This document shows positions 25,610 to 37,025 of a stretch of DNA of 64,000 nt, one piece after another. Numbering within the stretch: position 1 is the stretch's first letter; every line of letters begins with the position of its first letter. Location: assembly GCA_965649765.1 (NCBI GenBank), contig OZ287749.1, forward strand, positions 16,120,001-16,184,000, in the 5' to 3' direction. The notes under the pieces are model-generated. The model saw nothing but the letters and a program-made list of their open reading frames with translations, did no database searches and was not told where the DNA came from. The translations under genes were made by a program, and so were the position numbers. This DNA is from Bispira polyomma (taxonomy: Eukaryota).

Positions 25610-25920
25610 CATGTATACACTTCCTTAGGAGTTATTATTGGCCCTGTATCCTGGATCCAGAGCTTTCTCCATTGCAGCTTCCTTGTTAAAGAAGTCTTCC
25701 AATCAACCTCAGATCATCAGACACACTTTTAGGAAAAAACTTAAAACCCATCTTTTAAACCTGACCTTCCCACCATAGTTTTCCTCCTGTACACCCCCAC
25801 ATCCTTTCTTGCGACCTTGCTATGTCCATGGATCACATGATTGGATCATTGATTCTGCTGTTGCGCTTTAAAAGATGCCTAGCATCAATAAAGCTCGTTA
25901 AAAATGCATAATAATAATGT
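25610..25920 (+). mobile_element. L2/CR1-group LINE 3' end, same family as 52830-54212
   Basis: Shares 3' UTR text (GATTGGATCA.TGATTCTGCTGTTGC..AGATGCCTAGCATCAATAAAGC) and a (TAA)n tail with 54060-54212. Confidence 0.8.
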
Positions 25921-27099
25921 ATACTTTGACACAATGGCTGCAAATTTGACATTCTTTACTGTATTTCACAGAACAATCAAGTTCTAAAAACCATGTTGTG
26001 ATAATGCTTCAATGGACCTTCCCTGTTCAGGTGCATCAACTTGGAATAAATGCACATCAAGGGTAATAGCAGTTCATTTGCACAATCGTTAATCTTTATG
26101 GATTACATAAGGCAGAAACTACAAAACCTGTTGACACAATCTATAATATTTCATCTACACTCTCTTCAAAGATATTTTTTCCACTGTTTTGAGTTCTAGA
26201 TTTGTCCTCTATTTCAAAGACAAGCTCTATATTTATTAAGAAATCTGTTTTACCCCAGACATAATTTCCTTCTATCACAAATCAATAATGAGATTGATTG
26301 GTATTATAATTTTTTCTTCAGAAATCAAGAGGCAAAAAGTACACACAGATTTGTACTCTCACTGCCTGTTACAGATTACATAGATTGAACTAAAGGCTCA
26401 ATATTTAAACACCAGCTGGAAACATACAGTAATTTCTGTACTAAAGACCCCAGGGCTTAGCTTTTTTCCATTTTTTTTTCAAAAACAATGTTGATATGTG
26501 GTAGTGTAGAGTAAAGAACCTAAAATTCGCCCCTGTATCTAAAATTCGCTACCCCTAAAATTTAAGCCAAATTAATAAAAATTGGGCAAAAAAAAAAATG
26601 GAATTTAGATAAGCAAGGCAAAATAATCACAAAATTCTATATTTCAGCAAATATGCCCCAATTCCACAATTCTACCAAAAAGCACAACATTTTCTAGGTG
26701 GCAAATTTCAGATACAGTAGCGAATAAAAAAACAAGCAATCACTGTCCGATAAATCGGTCACGTATTCGTTCACTAACAGTAAGTACATCAGCTGACAAA
26801 GTGAAAATGTGTACATCTCGGTAAGATGGTAAAAAGTTTCAGAAAATGTATAATTACTCTCAATGGACATATTAATCTTTAAATTGTGGCTTTACTGGTA
26901 CGTTCATTGATTCTCGAAAACGGTTTAGTCAGTTTAGTAAGACCCCTAGGTAGGCTCCACTGGTTCCCAATAAAATATCACTTTTAAAACGGCAACAATT
27001 TTATACAAATTTCTAAATTCTGGATTGGGCACCTATTTCAGCCCCTATCTATCCAAATATACATGCTCAGTCAGGACTAGGCGTAGTAACCCTGATAAA

Positions 27100-27425
27100 A
27101 TAATCTTAATATTCCCACTTTACACCCTCGCATCCACAAGCACATTTTAATCATTGCCGTGCTCATGATGGTCCCTTCATATGGAACAGCCTGCCTGATC
27201 ATGTTCGCCTGGCTCAAACCTTCTCTTCTTTCAGGAGTAAGCTGAAGGCCTACCTTTTTGAACAGGCCCTTCCACCTTAGCCGTCGCAACCATTCTGGTA
27301 GTCTTCCTGTTTATTACCACCATCCGTCTACCATTTTTGATTAATGCTTAGGTTTGTCACGCCTTAGAATTTGTTGTACGAAGATTAACAGTATAAAAGT
27401 ACGACTAGATTAGATTTGATTAGAT
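27100..27425 (+). mobile_element. L2/CR1-group LINE 3' end
   Basis: Translates ..WNSLPDHVRLAQTFSSFRSKLKAYLFEQALPP*; (TTAGA)n tail. Confidence 0.75.
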
Positions 27426-30329
27426 GGAGTCGTGGCTGATGATGATGTATATGGAAGATAAAATATGTGAATATACAGGTCACCCTGAGTTCATCTTTAT
27501 GTCAATGCAACCTACATTTTTAAAACTGTTACATGTATTATAAATTTTTATTAAGAAAACGAATCGACTGCATTATCCCCAGAATTAAAAAAGGATCCCT
27601 AGTAAGTTTGAAGGGCCAGAAAGTGTATTAATTGCTCTTTCATGACATATAAATCTTAAAATTTTAGCTGAAGTAATTACAGAGAAATCAGAATTTGATC
27701 AATGTCTGTTTATCACTAAACTTTTAACGTTTTTACAACAATTTCTTCACAAAGCTCAAATAATATTCATTGGATTTGGAAACTGTTTGGACTGTCGAAA
27801 AACCCAAAATAATAGCTTTCTGGTGATATAAAAACGAAAATTTTAGGTTAAATATTAATGATGATAGAACCATTTAATGCCGTAAAATATGAAGTAAACT
27901 ATTTTTGTTGTAAAAATATACAGAAACCGGGGCTTTAAAATACGTGTGCAAAATTTGGGTTTCCTTGTTGTCGGTTGTATGTAGTCAATAATAATTTTAA
28001 ACAATCTTGCCGCAGGTAAGTGCTATAATATAAGAACGTAGCAGACTTCAGGAAACACGCTAAGATATCCGTTTTCTGGTCATTTTGAATTATTTTGTAA
28101 ACGTGGACTCTAGTACTTGTTTCGTAGAACGCTGGGGTCACTTCTAAAATGTCCAAAGTTAACAATTCTCGCAAAGATCGTTTGTAACTGTATAATTCAC
28201 TAAAATAAACTCTTATATTGGGCGTTTCAAAAATGCATACACGTGGCATGCACTTAAAGCAGATGGGCAAGAAACACTATTTTACCATAAATGTATTTTA
28301 TATGATATATAGTGTATTTTAATTCCTTTCTTTCTCTTTCTTTTATTTCTCTCTATATATATATCTGGATACATATCCTGTTATATATTAGAACAGTTCA
28401 CTGCTAGTTTTCTGTAAAGTTTTTTGTATAAATATCATTTTTTTAGTAAATTAACACTCTACATTGAGCTATGTATTTATACACACATCTCCCATTTCTA
28501 CATATTACATGTACTAGACATACAGAATGTATACTAGGTTGTTACTTAGTGACTGTAAAAATTATTCTAGATTTGGAAAGTCTGTGTTCATGGCCCACTC
28601 AGTGACAAAGACTGGATAGTGAATGGCTATAGGGCTCATAAAGGATTACAAATGTTGCTAGAAATTGTAGATAAATAAGGTGTTTTGAAACATATATTGC
28701 AAAACTGTCATTGGGTCAAACCTCGTATAAAGTTCACCACAGGATTTCCGAATCAGATAAAACAATTGTTTATGTATGTAAATGTCAAAATTACTAATGG
28801 CCTCAAAATTAGTTTTTGATAACAATTGACATTGTGAAATAATTACAAATATGAAAATGTATCTGGCATTATTTGAAGAGAAAGCTAAAAAAATACTGAT
28901 TTGTTACATTTTTAATTCTGTAATAAAAGCTATTTGTGGATAAAATATTATGATGGTAAATAACTCATCAAAGTTATCATTGAGAAGCTGATTATCTTGT
29001 ATATAGTCACATATATTTTGGTACATTATCAGCATTTTTATATATTTGTACAATGTAAAAACATTTAATATCACCAGTACTGCAGGAGATCCAAACTATT
29101 CAAAGAATAAAGGCTTTACTATAATATGGCAGTTTATTACAAGAACTAAAGTGTGTACCCAAGCAATAATTAGGATCATTTTGACTATTTCTGAAGTTGT
29201 TTCAGTAAAAGAGTTCTGATGTAATAGATTTGATTTGGGAGGTTGAAAACAATAAGAGTTTAAAACTCCCTGAAGGTTTTCTGTACTAAACTCCTTATCA
29301 GACCAAAAATTGGTATCCATACTTGTAAATGATGAACCGCACTTCTTTTCCAGCATTCTATATTTATTTGTATATCTATAGAATTTATAAAGAGATAAGT
29401 CAGCCAGTTGCAATTTTTATTTACTAAGCACAGAATTTGTTGAGAATTACCTCCACAAATATAAAAATGTATACATCCTACCTAATTGTACTGTACTATG
29501 TATAATATTGACGGGGGGGGGGGGGGGGGGGGATAGATTATTATTGATTTTTCGCAAATATAGGACCTTTTTTAAATATAGCCATTTTCAAGGCTAGAAA
29601 GTGAAGTATGTGACTATATAGGTCAAAATCATGTCAACCCAGTTCATTGTTTTAAAACCATTATTATAGTTTTTTATTTAGAAAACGAATTGACTGCATT
29701 ATCCCTAGAATTAAAAAACGATACCTGGGCAGTATAAAGTTAAATTTTCAGGCCAATTTCAAGAAAATGCTGTCACAACACCAAATCTGCAGTATAACAT
29801 CCATGAGTGAGACTAGCCTTGCTAGACTCACTCATTAATCATGGTAATATGTATAAAACAGTTAAACTACCCACAGAATGACTGCATTCTTAATCATGGA
29901 TCAATGAAATTTAGTTGTTGATATACATTATCATACAATTATTACTAATACAAAAGTCTCTGTTGAAATATTTTTAAAACTGCCTGAAGGAACGATAACC
30001 CACAATATTTTGTGCAGTACTTGCTGAAATATGGGCATTTGGTGACCTAGAAATCTCTTTAAAAAGGCTATTATTAGAGAGGGGGCCTTTCTTACAGAAA
30101 ATACTAATATTTATAATTTCCTGATAAAAACCCTGAGTCTTTTTTTGCTGAAATCACCATAAACTACACTGTGAATCTGTATTTATTGGCATAATGAATC
30201 CACAGAAGCTACATAGTCATCAGCCATCGGTTTGAATGTGTGGCTGTTTTTCCTAATAGACAGAGAATAGTCATAAGTTGGTAAATCGTTTACGGGTTAT
30301 GAGATCAACATTGAAGGCAAAATTTATGA

Positions 30330-30465
30330 CATTTATCGGCCGATACGACAAGTACCTGACAAACTTTCTAACAAGAAGAAGGAATCTGTGCGTTTCGATC
30401 TCCGGAGGTAAGAGGCCAGTGATTTCAAAGCAGACGCTTATAACCACTAGGCCACCGCGGCCCCT
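30330..30465 (-). mobile_element. tRNA-derived SINE fragment, same family as 46443-46700
   Basis: Minus strand GGGGCCGCGGTGGCCTAGTGGTT..AATCACTGGCCTCTTACCTC. Confidence 0.6.
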
Positions 30466-30994
30466 GAAATCATCTAGCGACATACATTATATCACAATGA
30501 AAAGTCCATAAGTGGCATATTACATTTACTTTGACTAGATTCTACACTATACAGATCCCTTTTCCCATTTACTGTGTCTGTATTCTCCAAATAAACTCAA
30601 AGACTGAAGACAGAGGCTTGAGGATGACACCATTTATCAACGTTCCCAAGGTTTTTTAACCTGCCACTGGAGATAGGACCCAATGACAGAGGACCGCCAT
30701 TTTAAATGTTCATCCGAGCCACTATGTATCTGCCTATACCTGTCACTACCTGGTCGCCCTAGACTGAGATCGAAACCAAGTCTTCTGCGTTCCTAAGTGA
30801 GTGGGTTACCAACTAGGCAACAGTGGCAGGTGATTCCTTGCTTGAACTTTTGTGCGTAACTCTTTAGAAAACATATTCATTACTTAATAAGAGCTTTCAG
30901 CATTAAATTCAATATCCAGTCAGGTTTTACATGACTTCAGTCTTGCCAGAGCTGTGAAGACTTTTAGATTTCAGCTTGATGTACCCTGATGTCA

Positions 30995-31593
30995 TTCACT
31001 CAGCGTGTAGGTTTATCATATAAGAGTCTGGTGTATTATTATATCAAACCTATCTCTTTGGAAGTACTCTACTGATTGGCATCCATTACTCAGTGTGCAG
31101 TTTTACTGTATACGAGTCTGGTGTAGGAATATCTCGCACCCATCTCTTTGGAGTGGAATATTGGTTGGTATCCATTACTCAGTGTGGTTTTACTGTATAC
31201 AAATCTGGTGTAGTAACATATCGCACCCATCTTTATGGACTAGAGTATTGGTTGGCATCCATTACTAAGTGTGTAGTTTTATCATATATGAGTCTGGTGT
31301 GGTTATATATCGCACCCTTGTCTTTGGAGTAGAGTACTAATTGGCATCCATTACTCAGTGTAGTTATACCATATATGAGTCTGGTGTGGTCTCTTTGGCG
31401 TGGAATATTGGTTGGTATCCATTACTCAGTGTAGTTTTACTGTATACGAGTCTGGTGTAGTAACATATCGACTCATCTCTTTGGAGTAGAGTATTGGTTG
31501 GTATCCATTACTCAGTGTAGTTTTACCATATATGAATCTGGTGTGGTAATATATCGCACCCATCTCTTTGGCGTGGAGTATTGGTTGGCATCC
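30995..31593 (-). repeat. Tandem array of 7 units of ~87 bp derived from the last 26 codons + stop of AP4M1
   Basis: Anchor ATCCATTACT at 31081, 31170, 31257, 31346, 31417, 31503; the rightmost unit is the coding C-terminus. Confidence 0.93.
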
Positions 31594-31712
31594 AGCACTT
31601 TGACTGACTTCACTTGAAGGTTTGAACACAGAAACCCTGAGATTTCAAAATCCATAACAACAGGCCCAAGTTCTAGTTCACAGGTGTCAGAGTTTGTGTT
31701 GCCACCTATCAG
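31512..31712 (-). CDS. AP4M1: AP4M1 coding exon 12 (last)
   Basis: LIGGNTNSDTCELELGPVVMDFEISGFLCSNLQVKSVKVLDANQYSTPKRWVRYITTPDSYMVKLH*; 201 nt. Confidence 0.92.
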   Translation of the reverse strand: MIGGNTNSDTCELELGPVVMDFEISGFLCSNLQVKSVKVLDANQYSTPKRWVRYITTPDSYMVKLH

Positions 31713-34700
31713 CTAAACAAAATAGAACAAAACATTATTATCAAAGCATTTATATAGCATCCTATTGATATATCATCCTCTTTGGCGCTCGTTCTCAGAA
31801 AGGGATAGTCCTACAAAATAGCCAGGGTTGTCATAAGTAGGAACTATTCACATTTGACTCGAAGATGCTGTCTCCCATATAAACATAGCTGTATTGGCAG
31901 CAGTAGAACTGGGAAACTTGCGATAACCAGATCAACCAGGAGTTAAACCGGGGATCTTCTGATCAGCAGACCAACGCCCTAACCACTAGACTAGACAGTA
32001 CTGTATAGAACATAGTACAGTAGAGCCTCTAGTCTCTCAACTCCTGAGGAGAGTAGGGGTGGGACGGGTGCAAAAAAAATGCTTCGAGTGCTCGAGTTCA
32101 GAAACCCGACTCGAATTCGGGTACTCGCGAGGTTTAGTATTTACTAATTGGAAACACCAGAAACAAATATGGCCCGTAGCGATGTTTTTGTGAAAAAAGT
32201 CTGATATTGAAAACATATTTAAGAATATGGAATGAAATGTAGGTTATTCGACTAAGTCTAAAGTATTATTTGCATTAACCAGGCCAAATGTCAATATTTT
32301 ATGTATCTTATATATCGTGAGCGATATTCCGCTATAATAGCGAGTAGTCGAGTCGGAAAAATGGACTTGATTCCCTGCAAAAATGGGCTCATACAGCGAG
32401 TGTTGAGCCCTCGGTCGCATCCTTAGAGGAGAGTGGGTTAAACATCTAGAAGAAACCACTGACCTATGGCAAGAACCTGACAAACTTTCTTACATGAGAG
32501 AACAAACAGCATTCAAACCCACATTAGCGCGAGGCCAGTGATTGTGAAGCAGGCGCTTCTAACCACCAGGCCACTAGCTGTAAAAATCCCTGGTTAAAAG
32601 ATCATCCGAAAATGTACCTCATCATGTCCCTGAGAATTCTACTTGATTATAGGTTAATAAATTTATAATGCATGTAACATAAAATCTACGTATCAATGCC
32701 AATGAAAAAGTAAACTGCTATGAAACAATATTCAAAACCAAAACACAATACTCCTAAAGGCAAGAGACATTAAAACTGTGACTGACCTTGTTGATTTCAC
32801 CTTACTACGCTTCAATTTACTCAACCATAAATATAAACATTGTACTTTTCATTTGTGGAAACTGACATATTGCCGACTTGAGGTGATAGGAGCGCCAAAA
32901 AATAGACTCAAGCACTCGCATAAATGAAGCTCAGACTGACTTTGAGTAATAAGTGGGTATAGTAAACACTAATGAATAATATATAGTAAAAGAAACAAAA
33001 TTCTGAGAAAAAATGCCGAATATTTTATACAATATTGTAGAATATACAGTAAAATGTTGATTATTATATGAAAACTCAAACACAGATGGCATTTTACGGA
33101 TATACTCAACATTATGCAAGTAGTAACCCATTATTTTTTTAATGAATTCAAGTTGTTCTGCAACTATCAGTTGTTATCTGACAGCACTATAATAATTGCC
33201 TGGACATGTAGTAACACATTGTAAGTACTAAATCATATCAGTCCATGTCTTTGACTGTGTGACAGCTTCAGTACGTTTTTTCACACCATCCCAACCACAC
33301 ATAAAAAGTAAAGCAATAAATTATATTTACATTCATACTGTTGGTTCTATTTACTGACAATTAAATTACAATAGAACCTCTATTATCCAAGAATGTTGGG
33401 AGAGCAAGATTTTGTTTAGATAAGGGAAGGGTCGTAGATTACAAGACACATTTTAGTACTAAAAAAATCAAGAAAACATGATACATTTGGGCTAGTAAAA
33501 CTATGAGTTCATTAATTCAAATATTTCGGATAACAGAAGTTTAGATAATAGATGTCTTTATATAGTACAGTAGAGCCTCTATTATACAACCTCCTATTAT
33601 CCAAATATTTGATTTTACGAACTCAATTTAACTCTACCACACTTATTTTTTACTATGTTTTATACTTAAATGCCACTTCTATTTTAAGGACTTTCTATTA
33701 TCCAAACAAATTCTCATTCTTCCAAGATGTCTGTAAAATAGAGGTTTTACTGTATATCCTTACTATAAAATGTGAAGACTCTTCCCCTTTGCCTTCCATT
33801 TTGTTAACTCGCCACACAATAAGCGAGTCTTTGACTTTAAACTCTGCTGACTGTTCAGGGCCTCCTAACTGTTGACTAACACTTAAAAACAAAAATATAA
33901 AATTTTCATTTTACCCCATAGCCTATATTGTATTGTAAATTTATCAACATGTCTTAATGATCATGAGGCATTTTCTAAAGCACTATAATGGAATCAATTA
34001 ACCAGTTGAGAAATCCAAAGAAACATAGCCAAGGTCATGAGGAAGGATGTGCTGGTGTACATGGAAAGAACTAAGTGTAGTAAGCAAGTTAGAAGAGATA
34101 GGTTTTTCTCCCAAAACCAATAAAGTTTTTCAGTGACCTGAGCTCAATATAGGGTATTTTTTTATATCCTGGTCATCCGGATGTACTGGATAGTGGGCAT
34201 CTAGGTAATGAAAAGAGCCAAAAAGTGTCAGGGCCAATTCTTAAAAAAAATGAGGCCGAGGACGTTCACAAATAATCAAAAGAGAGTGTAGGCCTTCAAC
34301 ATCAAAATGTGACTTCACCCAAAGGCTGTGGGGTTTGCGATGCAATTTTGTATTATAACTTTCAAACGATTCTTTTTTGTTTCATCACAATCATACAAAC
34401 AGCTTTAGTCATTGCTGACAAATAGTCATCCTCCAGCCTATCTCTTAAGTTATGGCAAACACATTTACTGGTGCTAGATGGCTGCTTACTTGTGCAGTCA
34501 ATAAAAGGTGAATAGCAATTTGTATACCAGACAGATACCGTTTATAAATATAATTATGAACACAACATGCATAGAATGGTATTTTACTATTATGACAATC
34601 GCACATGTTTCTGCTTTGTTTGTTTTTACTTCCAAAATCAATGAAGCATATATTTTATATTTTGCTTTCGTTTTTTATTTATTTCTAATAATGGGCCAAA

Positions 34701-36984
34701 CAGCACTCACCTTGTGACCAACTTGGGAACCGGTACTTGCAATACAATCTTGACTGCCTTACAGTTTGATGGAATTTCACATCTGAGTTTAAGTCCAACT
34801 TCCACATCCCTGTACCAAAGGGCCAACAGATAAATGTACATGTGACTTTAACTTATATATATATATATATACATGTAATTCGAATACAACAGCAAAAATA
34901 GTTAAAAAAGAGTTTAATCAGTAATAAGAAAGAATATAACAAGTATTTCATGACAAACCATATATATACTGAGAATTTTACGGAATTCAAGAAAAGGCGT
35001 AGGACAAGAAAGGTGAAGCTATAATAAGTACAGTAGAACCTCTATTATCTAAACATGATGGGAGAGGAAGATGTTGTTTGGATAATAGAAGGTGCATGAA
35101 TTCAAAGAAGTATTTTAGAATGAAACAATAGTAGAGTGGAAATATGTTTGTAAAATTGAATACTCAGAAGTTTGGATAATAGAGGTTCTACTGTATTATA
35201 GAGGGACTGTTATAGTAGAACCTCTATTATGTGACTATTCTGAGAGGAGTAAGAGTTTAACTGTACATAATAGAAGGTTTATAAATAGAAAAGACATTTT
35301 ACTGTAAAACAGTGACAAAATTACAGTTTGGGAGAATAGAAATTAGTTCTTAATATAGAATATTCGAAATACTAAAAGTTTGGATAATATAGGTTTTACT
35401 GTAAAATAGAAAAATAGATTTGATATGGGAGGGCTTCTTTTTGGAAGAGCACTTTTCTATGTAGGAAATTTTCCGTACACGGTCATTAACATGGTGTTAA
35501 ACATTGCTTGTTTCACATCTGACCTTACCAGTATGACTGACTTAAACATTCCAGCCTTAGAAGGGCTCCAGAGTTTTGACATATCTGGGGCCGTATTCAC
35601 TAACAAGTGAAATATTTTTTCACTTACTTTCCAAAGTAAGTAAATTTTTCTAAAGATTTCCTTGGAAGTGGTATTCACAAACAAGTGAAAAATTATACTT
35701 ACTTAAGTTTTTCTTAGAATCCAAATTAGGAAAGACATCTAAGGTACCTCATCTGCTTACTTGAAATCTAAGTAAGTTTTTTCTTTAAAGTAAGTAAGTT
35801 TTCTTTCATGAATACCACTTGGATCTAAGTTAGTAAAAAATGGCCACAATACTTAAAATCTAAGTTAGGAATGTAATTTCACTTGTTAGTGAATACGGCC
35901 CCTGATACAGTAAAACCTCTATTATCCAAACTTCTATTATCTGAATATTCCATTTGATGAACACATTTCCACTTTACTAAAATTGGCATTTTCTGATAAT
36001 TTTATATAATAAAATGGCTCTTCTAGTTTTTTAACCTTCACGTCATGTGAACTAAACTATGCTCTCGCAACATGTTCTACTGTACTAATTTTTAGTGGAC
36101 AAATTTCGACCTACTTGCTACAGGCTGCTTTGTTGACATAGGAAGACAGTCTGAATGGTAATCCATGGACCAGATCTTTGTTAATTCTGTAAGTCATCAG
36201 GGGAAACTAAAGGTAAAATTGTATGGAAAAGAAAAAACAAATATACAACGTATCCAAAGCATGTATGCTCAAAAGAAAATCAAGCTCAAAATCGCATTCA
36301 ACTCAAATGAATTTACGTCACTTCTAAAACATTGCATAGGTCATATCACAATAAGCAATTTTTTTTTTTTGCTGGGGGAAAGTAGTGCATACTAGTCAGT
36401 CAAGATTCTGCCCTGTAAATCACTGGGCATCGGCAAGTAATTGCCAACTTTCCCACATAAAGTCGCCGCCAACATTTAAATTCTCAGAGGTGGGACGCAA
36501 GCGTGTTAACCACTACATCACCGAGCCCCCTCTAATCAAGTGAAGGCTATGTGGAAGTTTCTTGTACAGTGGAACCCTGTTAAGTCAAATCTGAACGGAC
36601 CATAAAACTCTGTTCTACTTAACCGAAATTCTATTTAACAGGGTAAATTTCAATAGAAAATATTAAGCATACCAGTGGGACCTTATTATAACTTCTACCT
36701 AACAGGTAATTCCAGTTATCAGAGTTCTGGATATGGAAATAACCTACACATGTACTTTGTTTAATTCATTTAATAGAGCTTTCAGTGCTGATTTTATTTT
36801 TTTTTTTATTTTAAAGATTTTTATTTACAATACAACCACTGCCATTTACAAAAAACAAACAAACTGGTATCCTGGCAGGAAAGGTAGACCAGTTTTTACA
36901 AGGAGTGTAAGAATAACAAAAAGACGTGATTGTATCATATTTTTAGTAGATATATGTATATACAAAAAGAAAAAAAATAACCAG

Positions 36985-37025
<41 letters not shown>

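Noticed and set aside
29513-29531. G19 homopolymer
   Set aside because: Isolated run with no context; length is unreliable in assemblies.
30995-31593. CRISPR-like or functional readthrough interpretation of the 87-bp array
   Set aside because: No unique spacers and a eukaryotic context; simple readthrough would stop again 13 codons later because the next unit has TGA in place of Trp.
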